A DNA stretch of 64,000 nucleotides from Calditrichia bacterium (lineage in GTDB: Bacteria; Calditrichota; Calditrichia; JAJRVZ01), in assembly GCA_963796965.1 (NCBI GenBank), contig CAWCNS010000007.1:768001-832000 (forward strand), written 5' to 3'. Positions 21,676-31,003 of the stretch are shown piece by piece. A model generated the notes under the pieces. It searched no databases and was not told where the DNA came from. It saw only the letters and a list, made by a program, of their open reading frames with translations. The position numbers and the translations under genes are program-made. Every line of letters begins with the position of its first letter. Position 1 is the stretch's first letter.

Positions 21676-22335
21676 CTAGTTTAAACCCTCAAGCAACTGT
21701 CTGGCACGTATGCTTTCTTCCGATTGCGGATGGAGAAGTATTAATTTCTCCCAATAGAAGCGGGCCTGCTCTTTTTCTTTCGTTCGGCTATACATAATAC
21801 CAATATTGAAGAGACCTTTAACATGGTTTGGATCTAACTCCAAAGCCTTTTCCATATTCTCTATAGCGATCGGAAAATTCTGAATATTATAATAACAGAC
21901 TGCCATATCGATTCTAATGGCAATATTTAAGGAATCCAAATGGGTGGCGTGTGTATAAAATGGTATAGCGCCGGCAAAATCACCCGCGTCGAATAAAATA
22001 TTTCCCATCCGGATATTTGATTGCAGATCATCGGGATTTGATGATAGTTTCTCACGCAGAGCATTAATTTCAGGTGTAATTTCTAAAGAGTTGGCGGAGG
22101 ATTGTACTTTCACTTCATCCTTTTTCTGGTTACTCTCTAAAATTAAGAATACAATAACTAAAGCCACGACAGATGTTAATGCAATGAGTAAATAGGCATT
22201 ACGTGGTTTATCCAGAAATTGGGACTTTTTATAGGTTGATTCTTCCGATGTATCAACAGGACTAACTTTACTACCACATTGAGGGCAAAATTTAGCGGAC
22301 TCCGGTAGGAAATATGAACATTTTGAACAATTCAT
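21676..22335 (-). CDS. Zinc-ribbon / TM / TPR protein
   Basis: CSKC..FCPQCG, one TM helix, TPR repeats. Confidence 0.8.
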   Translation of the reverse strand: MNCSKCSYFLPESAKFCPQCGSKVSPVDTSEESTYKKSQFLDKPRNAYLLIALTSVVALVIVFLILESNQKKDEVKVQSSANSLEITPEINALREKLSSNPDDLQSNIRMGNILFDAGDFAGAIPFYTHATHLDSLNIAIRIDMAVCYYNIQNFPIAIENMEKALELDPNHVKGLFNIGIMYSRTKEKEQARFYWEKLILLHPQSEESIRARQLLEGLN

Positions 22336-22405
22336 TTATAATTATTTATTCTCTTTATAACATTAGTGACTAGTGCATACAAAAAACGAAATAACTGAGA
22401 GGATC

Positions 22406-22426
22406 ATCCTGAATTTATTTCAGGAT
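22406..22426. repeat. Short REP-like palindrome
   Basis: ATCCTGAA-tttat-TTCAGGAT. Confidence 0.4.
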
Positions 22427-22508
22427 CTTTTGTTTTATTCGTCATATAGATGCCTAAAAGATTTGGTAGCACGGATATGCTATCTTAGGGGAAATATACC
22501 CGTATCCA

Positions 22509-24380
22509 TCAACCTCCACTGACCTCTTTGACCTTTAATTTCTCACCAGGTTTGATTCTATTAGATCGTTTTTGATTTATTTTTTTCAGATTTTCGATAC
22601 TGATTTGATATTTTTGTGCAATATCCCATAAAGTATCTCCTGATCTTACAATATGATAAGATCCTGCCGGAAGGAATTCAGACTTATCGACAGCCACAGT
22701 TCGTGTGCTTTTTGTCTGTGAGAAGTTTTCAGGAATCCATATACTTAATTTCTGACTTGGATAAATATGCTGTCCATAATATAGTCCATTCCACCCTCGT
22801 ATCCGACTGGCACGGGTATTATACATTTCCGCTATTTCGCCTAATGTATCCCCTTTTTTAACAAGGTAAACAATTTTCATATGATTACTGGGGATCGTTT
22901 TTGAATTTGAATAAGATCGTTTTTTACGAGATTTTTTGGGTGAATAACTTACCTGCTTTTGATAAGCATAGTATTTCTTATTCTGTGGTACAGGAATTAA
23001 TAAATATTGTCCAACATAAATCATACTTCCCTTGATCTTATTGTAACTTTTTAAGATCGTGACCGTACTGCCATATTTTTTAGCAATAACCGATAAGGTT
23101 TCGCCACTGCGAACCCTGTGACGAACCCAGGATCTTTTATTTGAATCAGAAATTTTGGTATAATTCTCACGAAATTTTTCTTTTGTTCCTAGCGGAATAT
23201 TTAAAGTAAAATTTTCTACTCCGGGAGGCGTGCACCACCGTTTGACGGCAGGATTTAAATTTTTTATGGCTTCAAAACTCGTATCAACACATTGGGATAC
23301 GATCTCAAGATCAACACATTCTGAGATCTTTACTGTATCATAAACAACGGGTTGTAATTTTGTAACATGAAAACCATATTTTTCCGGGTTATCGGCGATC
23401 ATATTCGCTGCTATAAATGTCGGGACATAATTTCTAGTTTGCCGGGGTAATCGCGTAAGTTTCCAAAAATCCTTTGTATTCTTTTGTCTCATCCAGTATT
23501 CAACCCGTCGCGGATTACAATTGTACCCGGCCATAGCAAGATACCAATCACCAAACCGTTCATACAAATCTTTTAAATGCTGCGCCGCGGCATGTGAAGC
23601 CAGCAAGGGATCGCGTCGTTCATCAAACCACCAACTTGAGCGCAAACCATAATAAGCACCCGTTGCAGAAATGAACTGCCACATGCCAGATGCCCGGGCA
23701 TAAGAATAGGCTTTTGGATTAAACCCACTCTCAATCATTGCCAAATACTTTAAATTTTTAGGAAGTTCATATTCTTTAAGGATTTGATCGACAAATGCCT
23801 CGTATTGACCAGATCTCTCCAGCCATATAGTAAAAACTTTTCTGCCCTTGGTCTGAAAATATTTAAGCGCTAACTCCACTTTGCGGTTCATTTGAAGTGG
23901 AATCAAATCAGCATCAGTGCTTGTATCAATATGCGTAATTTGCATGCCGCTTGTATCACCAAACGCTTCTTCTTCGTAATCGGTAAGTTCTTCCCTTACT
24001 TCTTCTGCTTCCTGATCAAAAAGATCATGAGAGAAGATCGTTTCGTAATCATGATTGATCTGACGCATGAGTTTGTTATAGGCATCCCATTCCAACAATA
24101 CTGATTTCGTATCTTCGTCATAATCCGCTATTACCGAATATATCTTTTCGTAATAGACTCGGGCACCGATGGAATCCCCAATGCTCAAAGCATTTGAAGC
24201 ATATTTATACAACATATTGAGGGAATCCACCGAAGATTTGACATCACTCTGAAGGTACAAGTCTCCAGGTTGATTTTCATTACTGAAAGAATCAGATGAC
24301 TGTTCCTTTTTAACAGATTGAGAACAGCCTGCCATGTATATAAATAATATAATAATAAGTATATTTAAAAAGCGATCCAT
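22509..24380 (-). CDS. mltD: MltD-like lytic murein transglycosylase with three LysM domains
   Basis: Lipobox MAG-C; LAMIESG, ASGMWQFI, AGYN, TRNYVP; LysM repeats GETLSVIA, GDTLGEIA, GDTLWDIA. Confidence 0.9.
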   Translation of the reverse strand: MDRFLNILIIILFIYMAGCSQSVKKEQSSDSFSNENQPGDLYLQSDVKSSVDSLNMLYKYASNALSIGDSIGARVYYEKIYSVIADYDEDTKSVLLEWDAYNKLMRQINHDYETIFSHDLFDQEAEEVREELTDYEEEAFGDTSGMQITHIDTSTDADLIPLQMNRKVELALKYFQTKGRKVFTIWLERSGQYEAFVDQILKEYELPKNLKYLAMIESGFNPKAYSYARASGMWQFISATGAYYGLRSSWWFDERRDPLLASHAAAQHLKDLYERFGDWYLAMAGYNCNPRRVEYWMRQKNTKDFWKLTRLPRQTRNYVPTFIAANMIADNPEKYGFHVTKLQPVVYDTVKISECVDLEIVSQCVDTSFEAIKNLNPAVKRWCTPPGVENFTLNIPLGTKEKFRENYTKISDSNKRSWVRHRVRSGETLSVIAKKYGSTVTILKSYNKIKGSMIYVGQYLLIPVPQNKKYYAYQKQVSYSPKKSRKKRSYSNSKTIPSNHMKIVYLVKKGDTLGEIAEMYNTRASRIRGWNGLYYGQHIYPSQKLSIWIPENFSQTKSTRTVAVDKSEFLPAGSYHIVRSGDTLWDIAQKYQISIENLKKINQKRSNRIKPGEKLKVKEVSGG

Positions 24381-24406
24381 AACACCTCAGATTTAATATT
24401 AATAAA

Positions 24407-24886
24407 TTATTTTCGTTGGTTCGTCTGTATTTTGCCAATCAGATCCGTTGTTGATTTTCCACTGATCAGCGAAAGCGTAACAACTTTTCCTCCATACCCT
24501 TCAACAACTTCCCGTCCCACGACACCATCAATAGTATAATCCCCGCCCTTTACGAGAATATCGGGTTTAAGCAACTCGAGTAACGGAATAGGTGTATCCT
24601 CATTAAAGACGCATACAGCATCCACGCATATTAATTGTGAAAGGATAAAGGCGCGGTCATCTTCAGCAACGACCGGTCGGTTGGGACCTTTTAACTTGCT
24701 TACAGATTTGTCAGAATTTAAACCTAAAACAAGCAGATCTCCTAATTCTTTTGCTGCATTTAAGTACTCAACATGCCCACGATGCAAAATATCGAAACAG
24801 CCATTTGTGAATACGATGACTTTTCCGGAATTATGCCATTCCTGAACAACTACATATAATGCTTCTCTATTATATACTTTTCCCAA
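24407..24886 (-). CDS. rfaE2: Heptose 1-phosphate adenylyltransferase (HldE domain II)
   Basis: FTNGCFDILHRGH, GLNSD.SV..LKG, KGGDY, GKSTT; likely TTG start at 24886 overlapping the rfaE1 end. Confidence 0.92.
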   Translation of the reverse strand: MGKVYNREALYVVVQEWHNSGKVIVFTNGCFDILHRGHVEYLNAAKELGDLLVLGLNSDKSVSKLKGPNRPVVAEDDRAFILSQLICVDAVCVFNEDTPIPLLELLKPDILVKGGDYTIDGVVGREVVEGYGGKVVTLSLISGKSTTDLIGKIQTNQRK

Positions 24887-25874
24887 TACAAGCCCTATAT
24901 AGTTTGTTTTTTTCCACCGGTACAATACCAACCTCACCGCAAACAAGTCCCGCAGCATGGTTTGCTATTGTCGCCGCTTCCTGAATCGTCGCGCCACTAG
25001 CCATGGCGGCAGTAAGAGTACCAATAACCGTATCTCCAGCACCGGAGATATCGGCGACACGTTTTGCATTTGTGGAGACGTGCGTAATCCGTTGATCTCT
25101 TTCAAAAAGAGACATACCGTGCACCCCACGGGTAATTAAGACATTATCTGATTGCAATAATTTCATCAAATTTTTTCCAGCTATTTCAAGATCCTGCTCT
25201 GAATTAATTTTAACGGATAAAACTTTTTCCGTTTCTTTTATATTCGGCTTAAACACTGTAACCTTTTGATAATTATGAAAATACTTAAATTTTGGATCAA
25301 CGGTGATAAGGATATTGTTTTTATTTGCATTATCAATAATCTTAGTTATCAAAGTCTCAGTCAGAACACCCTTGTTATAATCCTGGAGAACAATACCATC
25401 AATAGAGCCCAGCAACTCCTCAATCTTATTTAAGATTCGTTTTTCTTGCTCTTTGTTAAGATAACTACTTTTCTCACGGTCGACTCTGGCAACATGTTGT
25501 GAGTCACAAATAATCCGTGTTTTAACTGAGGTTGGTTTTCCTAAAATTCGAACAACACCATCTGCAATAATCCCATTCTGTCCTAGCAATTCGAGCAATG
25601 TATCACCACCTCTATCATCTCCAATGGCTCCAACAACGATTGGAACACATCCCAGGGCAGCAACATTTAATGCGACATTTGCAGCACCACCCAGACGTGT
25701 ATCCTGCTCAACAACCTCTACAACCGGCACAGGCGCCTCAGGGGAGATACGGGACACAGTCCCAAAAATATACTCATCGAGCATTAAATCCCCAACAACC
25801 ATGATTCGTTTGTCCTGGAACCTGGAAAAGATTGCATCAAGTCTTTCGCGTCCAAATTCGATCAAAAATCTCAC
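24870..25874 (-). CDS. rfaE1: Heptose 7-phosphate kinase (HldE domain I)
   Basis: GDLMLD..RISPEAPVPV, GGAANVA, DYNKG, DISGAGDTV. Confidence 0.93.
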   Translation of the reverse strand: MRFLIEFGRERLDAIFSRFQDKRIMVVGDLMLDEYIFGTVSRISPEAPVPVVEVVEQDTRLGGAANVALNVAALGCVPIVVGAIGDDRGGDTLLELLGQNGIIADGVVRILGKPTSVKTRIICDSQHVARVDREKSSYLNKEQEKRILNKIEELLGSIDGIVLQDYNKGVLTETLITKIIDNANKNNILITVDPKFKYFHNYQKVTVFKPNIKETEKVLSVKINSEQDLEIAGKNLMKLLQSDNVLITRGVHGMSLFERDQRITHVSTNAKRVADISGAGDTVIGTLTAAMASGATIQEAATIANHAAGLVCGEVGIVPVEKNKLYRACIGKSI

Positions 25875-25959
25875 TTATGTTTAAATTAAACAGTAATATA
25901 ACCAGTTTTGAAGTAATACTCAACCATTTTTTGCGCTAAGCCTATATTATTACAAAGAC

Positions 25960-26130
25960 TTGGCCCTGTTTGATAATTTCGGGTAATCTCCAAAGGAAAG
26001 AGGAATAACGCTTAAGAAAGCGATAGCCAGTACTGTCCCAGGGAAAGGAACTGAGTAATTTGCTTACGGCAGAATTGTATCCACCCTCCTGCCGGCAGAG
26101 AAGATGAAGGAGTGAAATCAAGGAAAGTAT
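25960..26130 (+). ncRNA. Candidate structured RNA (6S-like rod)
   Basis: Intergenic and GC-richer than flanks; nested complementary blocks found by eye; strand uncertain. Confidence 0.3.
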
Positions 26131-26137
26131 CTACAGT

Positions 26138-26437
26138 TTAAGTTTTAGATAGATTTTTACTCATGAGTTGTTTAATTGAATTTCCGAACATTTCCATAAC
26201 AGCAAATAACAACAAATTAAAAACACCTAAAAAAAATACAAACTTTACTATCGCATCTACCAATAAAAAGTTGAAGTTTGGTAATATGATAATTAGGGTA
26301 AAACATATACCCACGATCCAACTCATAATACGTAATATCTGTTTAAATTTGTTTTCAACTATTTCCGGAAATTCCGGCTCTTCCTTTGCAACAGGTCTTA
26401 CAAATGCCTCATTCCGACGTTTTGATTTCTTTGCCAT
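26138..26437 (-). CDS. Small two-TM hypothetical protein
   Basis: GAGG RBS, two hydrophobic segments. Confidence 0.7.
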   Translation of the reverse strand: MAKKSKRRNEAFVRPVAKEEPEFPEIVENKFKQILRIMSWIVGICFTLIIILPNFNFLLVDAIVKFVFFLGVFNLLLFAVMEMFGNSIKQLMSKNLSKT

Positions 26438-26454
26438 CTTTACCTCAGATTAGA

Positions 26455-26985
26455 TCAAATTTTTCGCATAATATTTATGATATCCTCTTCTAATGAATCG
26501 CCAGCGGGACGTTCCACGATTCTTCCCAATTCATCACCTTGATGGAAGAAAATGAATGTTGCAACACGCTCAATGTTTTTCTCTTTTGCCTTACCAGATT
26601 CCAATTCTTTGTCCCTGTCAACCGCCCAAAAGCGAATACTATCAGCAGATACAAAACCACTACTATCAGATATTTTTAAAAACCTCGGGACTTCTCTTCT
26701 GCTATCACCACACCAGGTACCTAAAAACACATCAACACTCACCAGAGCAGATCTCTTTGAAAGCGTATCCACATAGGTGCTCCTGGGATTATAGTCATCA
26801 TACCTCTTTTTCCAGTCAGGATATTCATCAAATAGCTCCTGGCGGGTGATTTCTCCATAAAGCATATTGACACCTGTCCGAAAAACTTTGTTTGAATCAC
26901 TTTTTAGTGTGGTCAAACATCCGGCAATCATAAGTCCAGCAAACAAAACGATAGTAAAACTAAATATTTTCACTATTATTCTCAT
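26455..26985 (-). CDS. Thioredoxin-like lipoprotein (CxxS)
   Basis: FLGTWCGDSRREVPRF, ELGRIVERP; likely ATG 26985; lipobox IAG-C. Confidence 0.8.
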   Translation of the reverse strand: MRIIVKIFSFTIVLFAGLMIAGCLTTLKSDSNKVFRTGVNMLYGEITRQELFDEYPDWKKRYDDYNPRSTYVDTLSKRSALVSVDVFLGTWCGDSRREVPRFLKISDSSGFVSADSIRFWAVDRDKELESGKAKEKNIERVATFIFFHQGDELGRIVERPAGDSLEEDIINIMRKI

Positions 26986-27799
26986 CCACAGATTCCTTGA
27001 CAGCCGACTTGAGTAATTTAATAACAATACCGCTGCTATCTATCCTCATATAACGTACTACTGAACTATCTGTTCCCCCCATTCCAAGATCCCTGCCATT
27101 GAGAGAAATTCGCAAACCATCGGCACGACCGATCAAAAATTCAAACGTACTATCAGCCTTTATATCCAGGGATTGCTTCGGATTTAACAAATATTCAGTG
27201 GTATCTCTTTTATCCGCAACAACCCGAAACCAGGTCTTTTTTATGGCCCCAATGTTCATATTCAGACCTGACGACATTTCTTTCTGTAATTGTATCGAAT
27301 CCTGCTTCGCTTTTTCCTGTGCTTCCATCCTATCCACAATATTTTCGATATTGATTTCCTGCACCTTACTTTCAGTTGACGTCCCAACCATTTCAGTATT
27401 TATCAAAAGCAAAACAACAACAATCACAATTAACGAAAATGGCAGGATCACAAACAAATTACGATGACTAAATATTTTTTTATCAGATTCTTTCAATTTT
27501 TCGTTTATCTGGATGACTGAAGTCGTTTTATCGATACGGATGGCCCGTCGATAATCCAGAAAAGAATCAAAATATTCTTCTTCATCCACATCTAAAGCTT
27601 TTAAATAAGACCGGAAGAAAAGTTTATCATATACCTCAGGAATTTTTAGTAAATCGCCGTTTTCAAGCGACTCTAAAAATTTGATCTGTATTCGTGATCT
27701 TTCTGCCACATCTTCAAGAGATAGCCCTTTTTGAACCCTTAATTCTCTTAGTCTATCAAAAATAGACAATTCTGTTGATCCATTATCCATATCACTCAT
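26960..27799 (-). CDS. rodZ: RodZ-like HTH / TM / DUF4115 protein
   Basis: LRELR..GLSLEDVA..RI..FLESLENGD..P, TM helix, periplasmic TWFRVVAD..IGRADGL. Confidence 0.82.
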   Translation of the reverse strand: MSDMDNGSTELSIFDRLRELRVQKGLSLEDVAERSRIQIKFLESLENGDLLKIPEVYDKLFFRSYLKALDVDEEEYFDSFLDYRRAIRIDKTTSVIQINEKLKESDKKIFSHRNLFVILPFSLIVIVVVLLLINTEMVGTSTESKVQEINIENIVDRMEAQEKAKQDSIQLQKEMSSGLNMNIGAIKKTWFRVVADKRDTTEYLLNPKQSLDIKADSTFEFLIGRADGLRISLNGRDLGMGGTDSSVVRYMRIDSSGIVIKLLKSAVKESVDENNSENI

Positions 27800-29497
27800 A
27801 GCAATTTTATATCCTTAACCCTCATTTGAATATTTGTTCTTCCGTTCCATGTATTTTCTTCAATGACATATGCAAGATCAACCATCTGGTGAGATGGCTT
27901 CATTTTATCACGGACCTCAGCAAAATTGAAGGCAATAGCATCAATAACGATTCCATCTCCCCTCACTTTAAACTTCAAGTGGTTATTTCCAACCACCTGA
28001 GCATTTCCAACTACTTCGACATTCCGTGTCACGAATATGGGGCGCATGTTTTGAGGTCCGTATGGCGCAAATTGTTTGAGCCATTTTAAAAGGGATGCAT
28101 CAAATTCTTTTAACGATATTTCAGCCTGTATATCAAGAGAAGGTACGAGATCTTCTTTTGAGATCAGCACCTCAGTAATTTTTTGCATTTCCTCCCGTAA
28201 ATAATCAATATTACCTTCCTTTACGGTAAGGCCGGCGGCAAATTTATGACCACCAAAATTATCTAAGACATGCTCCATACTTTTTAGCGCATTATACATA
28301 TCAAAATTAGTTGTAGAACGGGCAGACCCTTTACCAATTCCTTCTCGCAAAGAAATGAGAATAGTGGGACGATTAAATTTTTCCATTATTCTGGAGGCAA
28401 CGATACCAATGACCCCAGGATGCCATCCCTCCTTCGCCAGAATAAGTATTTTTGCCCCGGTATCAATCTGTTTCTGCGCTATCTCAATAGCTTCCCGGCA
28501 TGTGGTTTCATCAATATCCCGCCGCATTTTATTCTCAGATTCAAGAACCCGGGCTATATTTCTTGATTGCTGCAAACTCGACGAAGTGAGTAGGTGAACC
28601 GCTTTTTTTGCCGATGACATTCGTCCCACGGCATTGATTCGCGGAGCGAGGACAAAAATAATTAAGGAGACATCAAGTATTCTACCCAAAAGTGATGAGC
28701 TTTCCAGCAAAGCAAACAATCCGTTTCTGGGACCATCATTAATTCGTGCAAGGCCATATTTGACAAGCACCCGGTTCTCATCAAGCATGGGTACAATATC
28801 TGCTGCAGTACCAATAGCCACGAGATCGAGGAACTTCTCCAATTCTGAAATTTCATATCCTAGGGATTTATACAAAGCTTGCAGTAATTTAAAGGCAACC
28901 CCAACTCCGGCCAATTCTTTAAACGGATAGGCACATCCTTTTATTTTGGGATCGAGTACAGCATATCCATTAGGAAGTTTTTCAGCAGGCTCATGATGAT
29001 CACATATGATAACATCGATGCCCTTCGATCTGGCAAAATCCACTTCTTCAACAGCAGTGATGCCACAATCAACCGTTAGAATTAAACCCACATTGCGTGA
29101 TTCGGCAATGTGAATCCCATCCAGTGACAGACCATAACCATCGGTAATTCGATTTGGAATATAAAACGATACTTTTCCACCCAGCCCAAATAGTGCTTCA
29201 TAGAGAAGAGATACGGCTGTTGTTCCATCAACATCATAATCACCATAAATAAGGATATTTTCACCATCACGCAGAGCAGCCGTTATTCGGTTGATCGCTT
29301 TTTCCATATCCTTCATAAGATGAGGATCATGGAGATTGATCCAGATCAGGATTCAAGAATTTCTGTATTTGTTCAGGTGAGTTGAGATTGCGGTCAAGTA
29401 ATAGCTGAGCAACGACAGGACTGACATCAATTTGCTCTTGAAGCTTTGATATCGCTTCCTGCGGGGCGGGTTTTTTGAAGACCCATTGAAAAAACAT
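27796..29497 (-). CDS. recJ: ssDNA exonuclease RecJ; +1 frameshift near 29340
   Basis: GDYDVDG, TVDCGI, CDHH, APRINAVGR, GSARS, GGHKFAAG; N-terminus MFFQWVFKKP..QKFLNPDL lies in another frame from ATG 29497 with a GGAG RBS. Confidence 0.95.
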
Positions 29498-29522
29498 CTA
29501 TACTCCAATCTGTAAAAGATTG

Positions 29523-29954
29523 GATCCGGAGAAAATCTATAAGCCGAATTCTGTAATTCCGCGGTAACGGAACCGGTAATCATTTATCTTACCATTTCAG
29601 AGAATGGTTAAGCGATCTACCCTGGAGTTCACGCTTTCCACTTAGGAAAACAAATGAGTTGGGGACCTCATATCCGCTACGGATTCCTCCTATATTTGAT
29701 CTTGCATCAGATAGGGTTTGTCATACATTCGCCTTCAAAAAAGGTACCTTTTGAGGTATTCACTATGGAACAAAGCGGTGGGCTCTTACCCCGCCTTTTC
29801 ACCCTTATCCCGACTTAGTCGGGACGGTATTTTTTCTGTGACACTTTCCTTCTCCGAAATATATTCGAAGATTCTGAATTTCTCAGAATACCTTCCCTTT
29901 GATGTTCGGACTTTCCTCCCTTATTCAGGGTGATTACCTGATTTTCTCCGGATC
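29523..29954 (-). ncRNA. rnpB: RNase P RNA (type A)
   Basis: Minus strand GAGGAAAGTCCGAAC..ACAGAAA..GGTGAAA..AAACCC..GCAAG..AGATAAAT..ACAGAATTCGGCTTATA; 15-bp perfect P1 inverted repeat at the two ends. Confidence 0.95.
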
Positions 29955-29974
29955 TATTTTATTTTAAATTATTC

Positions 29975-30686
29975 TTATAAATTTTGATCCCACACCAGAA
30001 TCCGACCACAAGACTCACATTGATGAAGTCGTTTCATGCTTTTTATTTCGACAACTCTCTGGGGTGGAATAAATGAAAAACAGCCACTGCACACACCACC
30101 ATTGCATGATGCGACAGCCATACCCCTTTTTGCACTTCGAATTCGTGTATAGGAGCTGAATCTGCTGGTGGGTAAGTTTCTTCGCGACTATTTCTCTTTC
30201 ATGAATCAAAATATTCTCTTCCTCTGAAGAGGTATTTATTTTTTCCTGAAGCAAATTATTATTTTCATCGAATTCATTTTCTAATTTTGTTATTTCAGAT
30301 TCTAACAATTCATTAGATTTTTCCAGATTCTCGATTGTTTCGGTATTATTTATAATTTGATCTTCATATTCGTCAATCTTGCTTTTTACCATCTCAGTCT
30401 CATTTGAGATTGCATCATATTCTTTATTCGTTTTAACCTGATAGAATTGTTCTTCATATTTTTTCAGTTTTACCTTTAATGATTTTAACTCCGTTTCTAC
30501 CGTATTGGTTTCAACTTTGAGATGCTTGACCTTTTCTTTTTGATCCGCAACCATCTTTTTATTACCATTAAGGCGACTATCCAGTTCTTCAACAATCTCA
30601 GGCAAATCTCCTCGTTCTTCTTTAACTTTGTCAAGTTTTAAATCAATTTCCTGCAATTCAATCAACGAATATAAAGTATTTTGCAA
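29975..30686 (-). CDS. Coiled-coil C4-type zinc-ribbon protein (DUF164 type); +1 frameshift near 30158
   Basis: LIELQEID..VKTNKEYDAI..E; shifted frame YTRIRS..GVCSGC..IPPQ..CESCGRILVW*. Confidence 0.88.
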
Positions 30687-30708
30687 TTCACGGCCTCCAC
30701 ATTTGAAT

Positions 30709-30742
30709 AAAAAAAAAGTGCATTTTTAGTAAATGCACTTTT
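30709..30742 (-). terminator. Rho-independent terminator downstream of the tRNA
   Basis: Minus strand AAAAGTGCATTT-actaa-AAATGCAC followed by T9. Confidence 0.6.
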
Positions 30743-30822
30743 ATAATCTTAAATTTTATAAATTCTGAGTGATAAAATAAATAACTTTCGTACTTGCACT
30801 CTTTTATTCCTACTATTTATTG

Positions 30823-30896
30823 TGGGCCCACAGGGACTTGAACCCCGGACCAGCCGATTATGAGTCGGCTGCTCTAACCAACTGAGCTATGGGCCC
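30823..30896 (-). tRNA. tRNA with CAT anticodon, most likely tRNA-Ile2 (lysidine); CCA not encoded
   Basis: GGGCCCATAGCTCAGTTGGTTAGAGCAGCCGACTCATAATCGGCTGGTCCGGGGTTCAAGTCCCTGTGGGCCCA; resembles ileX-type, lacks initiator features. Confidence 0.92.
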
Positions 30897-30940
30897 AAAA
30901 ATCATTAATTTGATCAGATTTCTAAAACGAACTAACTGTT

Positions 30941-30969
30941 AATTTAAGACTTATCACATCTAAAATCAA
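30941..30969 (-). promoter_or_regulatory. Putative tRNA promoter
   Basis: Minus strand TTGATT-N17-TAAATT about 45 nt upstream of the tRNA. Confidence 0.45.
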
Positions 30970-31003
30970 GATCAACTATCGCCCAATTGTGATAGATAAT
31001 AAA

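Noticed and set aside
29808..29824. Palindrome TCCCGAC-tta-GTCGGGA as an inserted REP
   Set aside because: It occupies the normal P12 hairpin position of RNase P RNA.
29353..29933. ORFs 29353..29583(-) and 29718..29933(+)
   Set aside because: They overlap the RNase P RNA and the true recJ 5' end.
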